From assembly GCF_035510375.1 (NCBI RefSeq), contig NZ_DATKHG010000023.1: a DNA stretch of 64,000 bases, one strand, 5' to 3'. Under the pieces are notes generated by a model that was not told the DNA's origin, did no database searches, and saw only the letters and a list, made by a program, of their open reading frames with translations. Source of the stretch: Paenibacillus sp. Lineage in GTDB: Bacteria; Bacillota; Bacilli; Paenibacillales; Paenibacillaceae. Below, in pieces: positions 9,732 through 19,349 of the stretch. Numbering within the stretch: position 1 is the first letter of the stretch; each line of letters begins with the position of its first letter. The position numbers and the translations under genes were made by a program.

Positions 9732-10425
9732 CCCGATGGTCCAGGAGGTGAACCGGCTTTTTGTGGAGAAAGTGGACGGCTTTCGGGTAGTGGGAACCGC
9801 TTCCCACGGCATGGAAGGCCTCAAGCGGATTGACGAATTGCAGCCCGATCTGGTCGTGCTCGACATCTTCATGCCATCCCTCGACGGCATCGAGACGCTT
9901 CGGAGCATCCGGACGATGGAGCTGCCCGTCGACGTCGTCGTCGTGACCGCCGCCAAGGATACGGAAACAATCCGGGCGATGATGCGGGGCGGCGCGTTCG
10001 ATTACATCATCAAGCCGTTCAAGCTGGAAAGGATTCGGCAAACGCTGGAACGCTATCGGGTACGGCATGCCGCGCTGCGGCTGGGAGAGTCGGTGACGCA
10101 GGACGAGCTTGACCGGATTCTGCAGAGCGGTGAGGCTGGAGCGCAGGATGCGCCGAACGAGGAATGGGCGGTCTCGGCGGACAATCTTCCCAAGGGACTG
10201 AACGCCGCCACGCTTAAGCAGGTGCTTGCCGTGATCAGGCATCAAGGCGGCAGACTTTCCGCGGAGGAGACGGCGGAGGGAGTGGGGATCGCCAGGGTAA
10301 CGGCCAGAAGGTATCTGGATTATCTGGAGAAAAGCGGGATCGTGCGCCTTGCGGTTCATTACGGGGGCCTCGGGCGGCCGGTCAACCGCTATGAATTGGC
10401 GCGTGAACAAAATGACCATAAATAA
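9682..10425 (+). CDS. dctR: CitB/DcuR-family response regulator (DctR-like)
   Basis: REC domain (VLLIEDDPMV...LVVLDIFMPSLDG) plus a C-terminal HTH. Overlaps the dctS 3' end. Start is 9670 or 9682. Confidence 0.85.
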   Translation: MNKTERAELRVLLIEDDPMVQEVNRLFVEKVDGFRVVGTASHGMEGLKRIDELQPDLVVLDIFMPSLDGIETLRSIRTMELPVDVVVVTAAKDTETIRAMMRGGAFDYIIKPFKLERIRQTLERYRVRHAALRLGESVTQDELDRILQSGEAGAQDAPNEEWAVSADNLPKGLNAATLKQVLAVIRHQGGRLSAEETAEGVGIARVTARRYLDYLEKSGIVRLAVHYGGLGRPVNRYELAREQNDHK

Positions 10426-10487
10426 CAATATGAACGAAAGCTTCCCATTTCAGCCGTGTAAGCGATAACATACAGGCATCGGGGAGC

Positions 10488-11915
10488 GTGATGAAGATGG
10501 CGATGCCGAAGTCGGCGAGCAGCAATATTGTCGTGCGGGTTGAAATGGACAGGGATAAGGTGGCGTTCGGAACGATCGCTACGGCGATCGATGAAGCGGG
10601 CGGCGATATCGTCGCGGTCGATGTGAGCGGTACAGGCAGAAACGCGGACATCCGGGACATTACCGTCAACATTACCGAGACGAACAGCAAGGATCTCGTC
10701 GCCGGCGTGTTGAATAAGTTGCCGGGCGTTAAAGTGCTGCAGATATCGGACCAGACGTTTCTGATGCATCTGGGCGGCAAAATTGAAGTTGCGCCGAAAA
10801 TGACGATTAAAACACGCGATGATTTGTCCCGTGTTTACACGCCCGGGGTGGCCAATGTGTGCATGGCGATCCACGATGATCCGGGCAGCGCCCATACGCT
10901 GACGATCAAGCGCAATACGATCGCCGTCGTATCCGACGGCACCGCGGTGCTGGGGCTGGGCAATATCGGCCCGATGGCCGCGATGCCTGTGATGGAAGGC
11001 AAGGCGATGCTGTTCAAGCAGCTTGCCGGGGTAGACGCATTTCCGATTTGTCTGGATACGCAGGATACGGAGGAAATCATCGGCACGATCAAACGGATTG
11101 CTCCGGCATTCGGCGGAATCAACCTGGAGGATATCTCCTCGCCGCGCTGCTTCGAGATCGAACGGCGGCTCATTGAGGAACTGGATATTCCCGTATTTCA
11201 CGACGACCAGCACGGCACGGCGGTCGTGCTGCTCGCCGGCTTGTACAACGCGGTCAAGCTGGCCGGCAAACGCCTCGAGGATTGTAAAATCGTGCTCTGC
11301 GGAATCGGCGCGGCCGGCATCGCGTGCACGAAGATTCTGCTCTCGGCCGGCGCGACGCGGATCGTCGGGGTAGATCGCGACGGGGCGCTTGTGCGCGGCA
11401 AGGCATATGCCCATGAGGCATGGCAGTGGTATGCCGAGCATACGAATCCGCAGTTGGAGACCGGAGCATTGTCCGACGTCATAGCCGGCGCGGATATTTT
11501 CATCGGCGTATCGGGGCCGGGTGTGCTGAAGCCGTCGGATATCCGCAAAATGGCAACAGACCCGATCGTCTTTGCGATGGCCAATCCGACACCCGAGATT
11601 GCGCCCGAGGAAGCCGAAGGGCTGGTCAGGGTCATGGCAACCGGCCGTTCCGATTATCCGAATCAAATTAACAATGTGCTTTGTTTTCCGGGATTGTTCC
11701 GCGGCGTGCTCGATTGCCGGGCGTCCAGGGTCACGGAGGAAATGAAGCTGGCGGCGGCCAAAGCGATCGCTTCGGTCGTCGGCGAAGCGGAGCTTAACGA
11801 GTATTACATTATCCCGAGCGTATTCAATCCCCACGTGGCCGATCGGGTAAAGGAAGCGGTAATGCAGGCGGCTTACGCGTCAGGAGTGGCCCGCAGACGC
11901 GAACGGGGTGTCTAG
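10488..11915 (+). CDS. NAD(P)-dependent malic enzyme with an N-terminal ACT-like domain
   Basis: Malic-enzyme motifs (DLSRVYTPGVA, VVSDGTAVLGLGNIGP, FHDDQHGTAVV, GAGAAGIA), preceded by about 80 aa resembling an ACT regulatory domain. Confidence 0.9.
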   Translation: MMKMAMPKSASSNIVVRVEMDRDKVAFGTIATAIDEAGGDIVAVDVSGTGRNADIRDITVNITETNSKDLVAGVLNKLPGVKVLQISDQTFLMHLGGKIEVAPKMTIKTRDDLSRVYTPGVANVCMAIHDDPGSAHTLTIKRNTIAVVSDGTAVLGLGNIGPMAAMPVMEGKAMLFKQLAGVDAFPICLDTQDTEEIIGTIKRIAPAFGGINLEDISSPRCFEIERRLIEELDIPVFHDDQHGTAVVLLAGLYNAVKLAGKRLEDCKIVLCGIGAAGIACTKILLSAGATRIVGVDRDGALVRGKAYAHEAWQWYAEHTNPQLETGALSDVIAGADIFIGVSGPGVLKPSDIRKMATDPIVFAMANPTPEIAPEEAEGLVRVMATGRSDYPNQINNVLCFPGLFRGVLDCRASRVTEEMKLAAAKAIASVVGEAELNEYYIIPSVFNPHVADRVKEAVMQAAYASGVARRRERGV

Positions 11916-11927
11916 CCCGACTGTAAA

Positions 11928-11963
11928 AGCGCGATGTCCGAGTGCATGATGACGGATCGCGCT
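11928..11963. terminator. Hairpin between convergent genes (8-bp stem AGCGCGAT/ATCGCGCT, long loop, followed by a T-run)
   Basis: Lies 13 nt after the malic-enzyme stop codon. A CTCGCTTTTT tract follows. Confidence 0.4.
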
Positions 11964-12666
11964 ATCTCGCTTTTTCCCCGGCCGGAAACCACCTGCGCAG
12001 CTTGAAGCTTCTTCTTGACGGAGATGGCTGCTTCCCCGCCTCGATTTGGAAATGCAGGAACAGGCTTGTGATCCATTTGGACACCAGCATGATTGCAATA
12101 TACAAGAGGAAGAAATGAAAAAAATTGACTCCTTTATACATTTGAATCAAACCGAAGCTTACCAAAGCGGGCTTCACCAGGAAGGAAAAAACGAAGCACA
12201 AGCCGATTCCGAACAGATAAAAGTTTTTCTTCCGGTTGATCGTCCATTGGTACAGCAGCATGAAAACGACCGGAACGAAGGACGTATCCAAAGCCACGCT
12301 GCTCGGCAATACCGGTACGATTTTGTAGGGATAGTTCCACAGACCGCGGGTAACTCCCAGCGTGTCGATATACTGGAACCACACGTGGACATTAAAGCCG
12401 AAGAACCCGATAAGCAGCGCTCTTTTGCGGTCCAGCAAAATGAACAGCGCGGCCAAAGGCAGCAGCAGCATGGCCAGCAAAAACCAAAATTGCCACGTGC
12501 CCATATGGGAATAGGTTTGCCAATAATCAAACGTCAATTTGGACATGGTTTCGTGCGCTTTGTTGATTTGCTCCAATTGTTTGCTTTGTTCCGGTGTCAC
12601 CGTTCTCGCCACCCTTTGCAAGCGTATATTGGATTTCCGGGTTATGTTATCCATCAGCGGTGACAT
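11962..12666 (-). CDS. Multi-pass integral membrane protein, function unknown
   Basis: 234 aa with about 6 hydrophobic segments. Coding-like composition. The opposite-strand ORFs are H/Q/R-rich. Confidence 0.7.
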   Translation of the reverse strand: MSPLMDNITRKSNIRLQRVARTVTPEQSKQLEQINKAHETMSKLTFDYWQTYSHMGTWQFWFLLAMLLLPLAALFILLDRKRALLIGFFGFNVHVWFQYIDTLGVTRGLWNYPYKIVPVLPSSVALDTSFVPVVFMLLYQWTINRKKNFYLFGIGLCFVFSFLVKPALVSFGLIQMYKGVNFFHFFLLYIAIMLVSKWITSLFLHFQIEAGKQPSPSRRSFKLRRWFPAGEKAR

Positions 12667-12683
12667 TCAATCGCCGGATCAAG

Positions 12684-12724
12684 AAAAAACCTTGGGAGCA
12701 GGCGAAGATGCCTCCCAAGGTTTT
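12684..12724. terminator. Bidirectional intrinsic terminator (A6-CCTTGGGAG...CTCCCAAGG-T4)
   Basis: Perfect 9-bp stem flanked by an A-run and a T-run. Marks the border between core genes and the AT-rich islet. Confidence 0.6.
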
Positions 12725-13061
12725 GTCCGTTTCACACGCCCTTCATACCGGCTTGCGCCGCCATCAGTAACTCCGACAAGGTATTATATGGTTATTTTAT
12801 TTAAATAATCAACATTTAGCATTTAGTAACACCAATTCAAAAGCCCCGAGTAAGAAGCAACTTCTCCAAGAGGTACACGGTGTCCTGTTTATATTGCAAA
12901 AAAATAGCAGCTTTTTTAATCGATAACCCTCGATACGACAGGCTTTTTTCAGATTTTAAGCACATTTCTTTCCGAATCCATGTTCAAAAACCAGGTGAGT
13001 AAGAAATGTCTCGGTTTATGTGGAGATGCGTAACATGTTAACCGGTAATTGGATAAAGATA

Positions 13062-13100
13062 ATTACAAAAGAGAACTGCCGACAGGTACTTTGTCGACAG
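13062..13100 (-). terminator. Intrinsic terminator of the protease-lipoprotein operon
   Basis: 10-bp stem (1 mismatch) at 13076-13085/13091-13100, followed on the minus strand by TTCTCTTTTGT. Lies 43 nt after the lipoprotein stop codon. Confidence 0.6.
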
Positions 13101-13142
13101 TTAAAGGTTTCCTGTTTTTGGCGGCTTATTATTAGTGAACTA

Positions 13143-13751
13143 CTATTCTTCCTGAGAAGATTTAAATCTCTTCCGTTCCGTCTTAACCTCGTTTTCAAAG
13201 GCTTTCTTGTATTTCTTGTATTCACTAGATGATACGATCTCTTCCTTGCTCGTGGCAGAGAGGATAATGCTTGAGTTCGGTCCAGATACCAATAGGCTTC
13301 CGTCAGGTTGAGCGTAACCAGCGATGATATGGTATTTACCGACCTCAAGGAGTTGGTCACGCTCATACAGCACTACAGATTTTTGATCCTGGGTAATTCC
13401 GCCTTTTTTCAAAATTTCGAATTCGGTGTCCTTTTTAAGTTTACCTTTAATATTGTCGATTACTGTGATGGAGTACTTCGTGTAAGGGTCGCTTACTTCC
13501 TTAGAACCAGATTCTGTTTCAATGGAAACGGGGTTTTTGTAAATCGTCTCCATTTCGGAATTGATTTTAGCGACAAAGATGTAATCTGCATCTCCGACAA
13601 TTTCATTAATATTCTCCACATCAATACTGAATGAGCCAGCGAGATTCGTGATCGGTAGCTGACTCTTGTCAACGGGGCTGCCGGTGCTACTCGAACATGC
13701 ACCGAGAACCAGTGTGACCGCAAGGATAATTCCTGTCAAAATTCTTTTCAT
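13143..13751 (-). CDS. Lipoprotein, function unknown
   Basis: Lipobox (LVLGAC|SSS). AT-rich codon usage. The ATG lies 1 nt after the protease stop codon, and its GGAGG is inside the protease 3' end. Confidence 0.75.
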   Translation of the reverse strand: MKRILTGIILAVTLVLGACSSSTGSPVDKSQLPITNLAGSFSIDVENINEIVGDADYIFVAKINSEMETIYKNPVSIETESGSKEVSDPYTKYSITVIDNIKGKLKKDTEFEILKKGGITQDQKSVVLYERDQLLEVGKYHIIAGYAQPDGSLLVSGPNSSIILSATSKEEIVSSSEYKKYKKAFENEVKTERKRFKSSQEE

Positions 13752-13752
13752 A

Positions 13753-14268
13753 TTAACAATCCTCCCCTTCTCCTGTTAAGTAAGCAGCGTCGTATGAGTC
13801 TTTATCTGTTTGGGATAAGCTCGTGATGGAGAGTTTTCCTTGTTGCATGATATCCGTAGATCCAGAAGTGTGGTCTAGTCCCAGTGCGTGGCCAAATTCG
13901 TGTGTTGTCGTTTTGGTGCGTTGATCGGCAGTCATGGTGACGTAGTGGTAATCGTTAAGTTTAATAGTGCCGCACGAGCATGTTTCACCCAAAGTAGTAG
14001 ATACTTCGTAAAAATCACTGACAAATACATCTTCAACAACCCAAATGTTGTCAGGTCTAATGACACCCGATTTGTGTCCATTCCAGAGGTTTACGGCATT
14101 GGTGACGCTTGTGCCGTATTTCGTGTTGCTATCCCAATCCAGATTTTTTCCGCTATCAACGAGATCCCATCCTTGTAGTGCGGCATAAGCAGTAGGTGGT
14201 GGTGTGATTAAAGCGATAGCAAGTGCAACAACTCCTAGAAATGTACTTACCTTTTTGTTAAGGTTAAT
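13753..14268 (-). CDS. Small secreted zinc metalloprotease (matrixin/M10-like; HEFGHALGLDH followed by a candidate Met-turn IM)
   Basis: HExxHxxGxxH motif. Upstream of the ORF-track TTG the frame stays open for 92 codons that encode a Sec signal (KKVSTFLGVVALAIALITPPPTAYA|A). The only RBS-positioned start is ATT 14268, 10 nt after GGAGG. Confidence 0.65.
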   Translation of the reverse strand: MNLNKKVSTFLGVVALAIALITPPPTAYAALQGWDLVDSGKNLDWDSNTKYGTSVTNAVNLWNGHKSGVIRPDNIWVVEDVFVSDFYEVSTTLGETCSCGTIKLNDYHYVTMTADQRTKTTTHEFGHALGLDHTSGSTDIMQQGKLSITSLSQTDKDSYDAAYLTGEGEDC

Positions 14269-14561
14269 TTTAGGTATACCTCCTTAAATTTTCCTTTCTA
14301 TCAAATGAATCATACAAGTTTCGTAGATGGCCGTCAATAGATTTGGTATCAATCAACCCTATCATGTTTCGAATAAGTATCCCGATGCCGCAACCCCCTC
14401 CTTTTTTCACCGGGATGCCAAAGACGGCGATCCCTTTCCCCATATTAATCAGAAAATTCTTATTTATCTGACAATAACATGCTGATATAATAAAACTATA
14501 AAACTGCGAAAACTGAATAGTCGGTTGGTATCGTCATCATCAACAAGAAGGAGGGAACTCT

Positions 14562-16460
14562 ATGGCATTCTTGGACAAGCTGGCCGATTATCGGGAGAAG
14601 GAGCATGGACTGCATTGGGAAGGCACGTTCATGGCGTATTTGGCTCTCGTGCGAGAACGCCCGGAGATCGCGGGGCTGGCCCATGACCGCATTTACCGGA
14701 TGATCGAATTGGCGGGCATCGAGGACAAGGGCGATGGCAAGCGGGAATACAAGTTTTTCAGCTCGGCGCTGTTCGGGCTGGAGGACGATTTGCAGACGCT
14801 GGTCGAAGAATATTTCCGTCCGGCGGCCCAGCGGCTTGATGTGCGGAAAAGGCTGCTGCTGCTGATGGGACCCGTCAGCGGCGGCAAATCGACCCTCGTT
14901 TCCCTCCTGAAGGAAGGACTGGAGCAATTCTCGCGGACCGACGCGGGAGCCGTTTACGCGATCAAGGGCTGCCCGATGCAGGAGGAGCCGCTCCATCTCA
15001 TTCCGTCCGGGCTGCGGGCCGAATTCGCGCAGGAGTACGGCGTGCGCATCGAAGGCGACCTGTGCCCGGTTTGCCGCCTTCGCCTGGAAACCGAATTCGA
15101 CGGGCGCATCGAGGAGATGCCGGTAACGCGCGTCCTGTTCTCGGAGGCGAAAAGGGTCGGGATCGGCACCTTTGCCCCTTCCGACCCGAAGTCGCAGGAT
15201 ATCGCGGACCTGACGGGAAGCATCGACTTTTCCACGATCTCGCAGTACGGCTCCGAGTCGGACCCGCGGGCCTACCGTTTTGACGGAGAACTGAACAAGG
15301 CGAACCGGGGGCTTATGGAGTTCCAGGAAATGCTTAAGTGCGATGAGAAATTCCTTTGGAATCTGTTGTCGCTGACGCAGGAGGGCAATTTCAAGGCAGG
15401 GCGCTTCGCCCTGATTTCCGCCGATGAGCTGATCGTCGCGCATACGAATGAAACGGAATACCGTTCGTTCATCGCCAACAAGAAGAACGAGGCGCTGCAT
15501 TCCCGGATGATCGTCATGCGAATTCCGTACAACCTGAAGGTCAGCGAGGAGGAACGGATCTACGCCAAGCTCATCGGCCAATCCGATATCCGGGGCATGC
15601 ACATCGCGCCGGCTGCGCTCTGGACCGCTGCGGTGTTCAGCGTGCTGTCGCGGCTCAAGGAATCGAAGAAGCCGGGCGTCGACCCGCTTAAGAAAATGTA
15701 CCTGTACGACGGCGTCGAGGTGGACGGCGCGAAGAGCGGCGATGCTCAGGAGCTGCGCAAGGAATTTATGGATGAAGGGATGTCCGGCGTTGATCCCCGT
15801 TATGTGATCAACCGGATCTCCAGCGCGCTCATCAAAGGGGACAAGCCGTGCATCAATGCGCTGGACGTGCTGAAATCGCTGAAGGAAGGGCTCGACCAGC
15901 ACGCTTCTATCTCCAGAGAGGAGCGGGAGCGGCTGCTGAACTTCATTACGCTGGCCCGCCAGGAATACGACCATAAGGCGCGGACGGAAGTGCAGCGGGC
16001 GTTCGTCTATTCCTTCGAGGATTCGGCGCATACGATGATGGACAATTATCTGGACAATGTGGAGGCGTACTGCAACGGGTCCAAAATGAAGGATCCGATA
16101 ACCGAAGAGGAGCAGGAACCCGACGAGAAGCTGATGCGCGCGATTGAGGAGCAGATCGGCATTACGGAAAATCAGAAGAAGGCGTTCCGGGAAGAAATTC
16201 TGATCAAGATTTCCACGCTTGCCCGCCGCGGCCGCAAGTTCGAGTACACCTCCCACGAGATGCTGAAGGAAGCGATCGAGAAGAAGCTGTTCGGCGACCT
16301 GAAGGATGTGGTGAAAATTACGACGTCGGTGAAAAATCCCGACGAAGCGCAGCTGAAGCGGATCAACGAAGTATCGGCGCGCCTGATCGAGCATCACGGC
16401 TACTGTGCGTCATGCGCCAACGAGTTGATGAAATATGTCGGCAGCCTGTTAAACCGCTAG
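14562..16460 (+). CDS. prkA: PrkA serine protein kinase / AAA+ protein
   Basis: Close match to B. subtilis PrkA as I remember it (LHWEGTF..., RKRLLLLMGPVSGGKSTLV, AVYAIKGCPMQEEPLHLIP). Confidence 0.95.
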   Translation: MAFLDKLADYREKEHGLHWEGTFMAYLALVRERPEIAGLAHDRIYRMIELAGIEDKGDGKREYKFFSSALFGLEDDLQTLVEEYFRPAAQRLDVRKRLLLLMGPVSGGKSTLVSLLKEGLEQFSRTDAGAVYAIKGCPMQEEPLHLIPSGLRAEFAQEYGVRIEGDLCPVCRLRLETEFDGRIEEMPVTRVLFSEAKRVGIGTFAPSDPKSQDIADLTGSIDFSTISQYGSESDPRAYRFDGELNKANRGLMEFQEMLKCDEKFLWNLLSLTQEGNFKAGRFALISADELIVAHTNETEYRSFIANKKNEALHSRMIVMRIPYNLKVSEEERIYAKLIGQSDIRGMHIAPAALWTAAVFSVLSRLKESKKPGVDPLKKMYLYDGVEVDGAKSGDAQELRKEFMDEGMSGVDPRYVINRISSALIKGDKPCINALDVLKSLKEGLDQHASISREERERLLNFITLARQEYDHKARTEVQRAFVYSFEDSAHTMMDNYLDNVEAYCNGSKMKDPITEEEQEPDEKLMRAIEEQIGITENQKKAFREEILIKISTLARRGRKFEYTSHEMLKEAIEKKLFGDLKDVVKITTSVKNPDEAQLKRINEVSARLIEHHGYCASCANELMKYVGSLLNR

Positions 16461-16478
16461 AGGAAGGGGTGGAGCCGC

Positions 16479-17723
16479 ATGCTTGAACATGAACCGCTAT
16501 TCGTGTTGTCGCAGAATGATTGGTCGCTCCACCGCAAAGGCGAGCTCGACCAGCAGCGCCATACCAGAAAGGTCAAGGAAGCGATCAAACAAAACCTGTC
16601 CGACCTGGTCAGCGAGGAAGCGATCATTACGTCGCAAGGCGACCGGATCGTGAAGGTGCCGATCCGCGGCATGGACGAGCCGAAGTTTCGATACGATTAT
16701 TCGGACAAGCAGCAGGTCGGCCAGGGAAAAGGCGGCACCAGGGTCGGAGACGTCGTCGGACAGGCGCAGCCCGGGCAAGGAAGGGAGCAAACGCCGGGCC
16801 GCGGCGGGGAGCCGGGCGCGGGCGATCAGCCGGGCGTCGATTATTACGAGGCCGACATTACGGTCGACGAGCTGGCGGAGCTGATTTTCGAGGATCTGCA
16901 GCTTCCCCGCCTGAAGCCGAAAAGCGAAGTCGATCTGACGGTGGAGGATATCCGCTTTAACAACGTCCGCCGCAAGGGGATGATGGGCAACATCGACAAA
17001 CGGCGCACGTTGATCGAAGCCATGAAGCGCCGGGCGCTTGCCGGCTATGACGGCGGCGTCTCCGACCCCGCCGCCGCGCTGCCCGCACCAGGGGCGGGGG
17101 CTGCGGTTCAGCCGCCGGGCGCCGCAGGCCAAGGGCTGATCCGCAATGAGGACATGCGGTTCAAAACCTGGGAGGACATCCGCAAGCCGCAGAGCGCCGC
17201 CGTGGTCATGGCGATGATGGACACATCGGGCTCCATGGGCTCGTTCGAGAAATATATCGCGCGCAGCTTCTATTTCTGGATGGTCCGCTTCCTGCGCACG
17301 AAATACGAAGAGGTCCAGATCTGCTTTCTCTCCCACGATACGGAAGCGAAGCGGGTTGAGGAAGAAGCTTTTTTCACGAAAGGGGAAAGCGGGGGGACGA
17401 AGTGCTCCTCCGTCTACAAGCTCGCCATGGAACTGCTGGACAGCGAATTTCCGCACTCCCATTATAATGCTTATGCGTTCCATTTCTCCGACGGCGACAA
17501 TCTCGATTCGGACAACGACGTGACCGCGGCGCTTGTCCGCGGCATGCTGGAGCGGATCAACCTGCTCGGCTACGGCGAGATCCGCCGCTACGGCACGGCG
17601 GGGCGGCTGTGGGAGACGATGAGGGGCATCGAGCACGAGGCGTTCAGCCGCTCGGTATTGCGCGAGAAGGGCGACGTGTACCGCACGCTGAAAAACTTTT
17701 TCGGCGAAGCCGCGGTGGGGTGA
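16479..17723 (+). CDS. yhbH: YhbH (DUF444) sporulation/stress protein
   Basis: Conserved position between prkA and spoVR. Typical N-terminus (DWSLHRKGELDQQRH) and a VWA-like C-terminal part. Confidence 0.9.
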   Translation: MLEHEPLFVLSQNDWSLHRKGELDQQRHTRKVKEAIKQNLSDLVSEEAIITSQGDRIVKVPIRGMDEPKFRYDYSDKQQVGQGKGGTRVGDVVGQAQPGQGREQTPGRGGEPGAGDQPGVDYYEADITVDELAELIFEDLQLPRLKPKSEVDLTVEDIRFNNVRRKGMMGNIDKRRTLIEAMKRRALAGYDGGVSDPAAALPAPGAGAAVQPPGAAGQGLIRNEDMRFKTWEDIRKPQSAAVVMAMMDTSGSMGSFEKYIARSFYFWMVRFLRTKYEEVQICFLSHDTEAKRVEEEAFFTKGESGGTKCSSVYKLAMELLDSEFPHSHYNAYAFHFSDGDNLDSDNDVTAALVRGMLERINLLGYGEIRRYGTAGRLWETMRGIEHEAFSRSVLREKGDVYRTLKNFFGEAAVG

Positions 17724-17738
17724 GGAGGAGAGAGGGCC

Positions 17739-18989
17739 ATGAACCGAGCGGATTACGAACAGCTGGAGCGGGCGATCGGCCGCCTGACGGAGATGGCCGC
17801 CGCGGAAGGGCTGGACTTTTTCCCGATGCGCTACGAGGTGTGTCCCTCCGAGGTGCTGTACTCCATCGGCGCTTACGGCATGCCGACCCGCTTCGCGCAT
17901 TGGAGCTTCGGCAAAGCGTATCAGCGGATGAAGTCGGAATACGATTTCGGCTTGAGCCGCATCTACGAGCTCGTGATCAATTCGAATCCCTGCTATGCGT
18001 TTCTGCTAGACCGCAACACGCTGCTGCAGAACAAGCTGATCGTCGCCCATGTGCTGGGGCACAGCGATTTTTTCAGAAACAACGCCATGTTCGCGGCCAC
18101 CGACCGCAAGATGGTCGACCGGATGGCGGTGTTCGCGTCGCGGATGCGCGCGTTCGAGCAGGAATACGGCCCGGATGAGGTCGAGCTTGTGCTGGATGCG
18201 GGCCTGTCGATCCAGGAGCACATCGATCCGCAGGTCCGCGCCGGGCGCAAAGGCGGTTTCAACGAGGCGGAGGGCGGTGCGAAGGACGTCGTCGGCTTTA
18301 TCGCGGGCGGCAGCCGGACGCTGAAGGACTGGCAGCGTGAAATTCTGTATATGCTGCGCGAGGAGATGCTGTATTTCTGGCCGCAGCTGGAGACGAAAAT
18401 TCTGAATGAAGGCTGGGCGACGTTCTGGCATTTGAGGCTTGTGCGGCAGCTGGACCTCGACGATTCGGAAATTGTGGAATTCGCGAAAATGAATGCGGGC
18501 GTGGTACAGCCTGGCGGCGGGAGCCTGAACCCCTATTACCTGGGACTGCGCATGCTGGAATACATCGAGCGCCGGGAAGGGACGGAGGCGTTATTCGACA
18601 TCCGCGAGATGGAATCCGACGTGTCGTTCCTGCGCAATTACTTGACCAAGGGGCTTGTGGAGGAGATGGATCTGTTCCTGTACGGACGCGACCGGGACGT
18701 CTACCGGGTGACCGAAAAGGACGTGGCAGCCGTCCGCGACACGCTCATCCGCCAGCGTACGAACGGCGGCTATCCGTATATCACGGCGATGGACGATGAT
18801 TACGGCGGCAACGGCGAGCTGCTGCTTCTGCACCGGTACGAGGGGCTGGAGCTCGACCGCAAATATGTGGACCGCACGCTGCCGCTCGTCCACCGGCTGT
18901 GGGGCCGGCCGGTCCATCTGCAGACGCGGGGCAAGGACAGCGCGGAAGTCCGGTACTTTTATGACGGGAGCCGGGTGCAGGCGGTGTAA
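17739..18989 (+). CDS. spoVR: Stage V sporulation protein R
   Basis: SpoVR motifs (YELVINSNPCYAFLL, AHVLGHSDFF, NEGWATFWH). Third gene of the prkA operon. Confidence 0.9.
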   Translation: MNRADYEQLERAIGRLTEMAAAEGLDFFPMRYEVCPSEVLYSIGAYGMPTRFAHWSFGKAYQRMKSEYDFGLSRIYELVINSNPCYAFLLDRNTLLQNKLIVAHVLGHSDFFRNNAMFAATDRKMVDRMAVFASRMRAFEQEYGPDEVELVLDAGLSIQEHIDPQVRAGRKGGFNEAEGGAKDVVGFIAGGSRTLKDWQREILYMLREEMLYFWPQLETKILNEGWATFWHLRLVRQLDLDDSEIVEFAKMNAGVVQPGGGSLNPYYLGLRMLEYIERREGTEALFDIREMESDVSFLRNYLTKGLVEEMDLFLYGRDRDVYRVTEKDVAAVRDTLIRQRTNGGYPYITAMDDDYGGNGELLLLHRYEGLELDRKYVDRTLPLVHRLWGRPVHLQTRGKDSAEVRYFYDGSRVQAV

Positions 18990-19029
18990 GCCCAGGGAAA
19001 GCGAACGGAGATTTTATAGGAAAAAGGGG

Positions 19030-19061
19030 CGCCGCTGTCGAAGCGGCGTTCGTTTGTTTTT
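19030..19061 (+). terminator. Intrinsic terminator after spoVR
   Basis: CGCCGCT-gtcga-AGCGGCG followed by TTCGTTTGTTTTT. Confidence 0.7.
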
Positions 19062-19154
19062 CTCATGCCAGGAAGCATACAAATAATGTGTTTCCGTGTA
19101 TAATGAATAATTAGAAGTGTTGCCAATCCATGTGTGAGTTGTGAGGTGACAAAG

Positions 19155-19349
19155 TTGAAACAAATTCAAGATCACTCCTTGTTTATTCAGGAATTTCAAA
19201 AGTTGATTAATTCCAAGAGGTTTATAAATATGAAAATTGACGAGGACGATAACGGAATGATCATTCGGTTAGAGGAATGGCATCAGGAGGATAAGTCAAA
19301 GAAAAAGGAGCATGCCTTAAGGACGCTGGAGGATCGGCAGGAATTTTAA
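19155..19349 (+). CDS. Small hypothetical protein (64 aa), AT-rich
   Basis: GAGGTGA RBS 5 nt before TTG 19155. Its stop codon abuts the next ATG. Confidence 0.4.
   Translation: MKQIQDHSLFIQEFQKLINSKRFINMKIDEDDNGMIIRLEEWHQEDKSKKKEHALRTLEDRQEF

Noticed and set aside
7173-11834. Long antisense ORFs over dctB, dctS, dctR and the malic enzyme (7173..8060 +, 8391..9344 -, 9457..10428 -, 10389..11834 -)
   Set aside because: Each is fully contained in a confidently recognised gene on the other strand and has an arginine/histidine-rich, low-complexity translation.
14496-17900. Very long minus-strand ORFs (14496..16397, 633 aa; 16497..17900, 467 aa) opposite prkA and yhbH
   Set aside because: They are mirror ORFs of GC-rich genes. 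Their sequences are R/H/P/L-rich with no motifs, whereas the plus-strand products match PrkA and YhbH almost residue for residue as I remember them.
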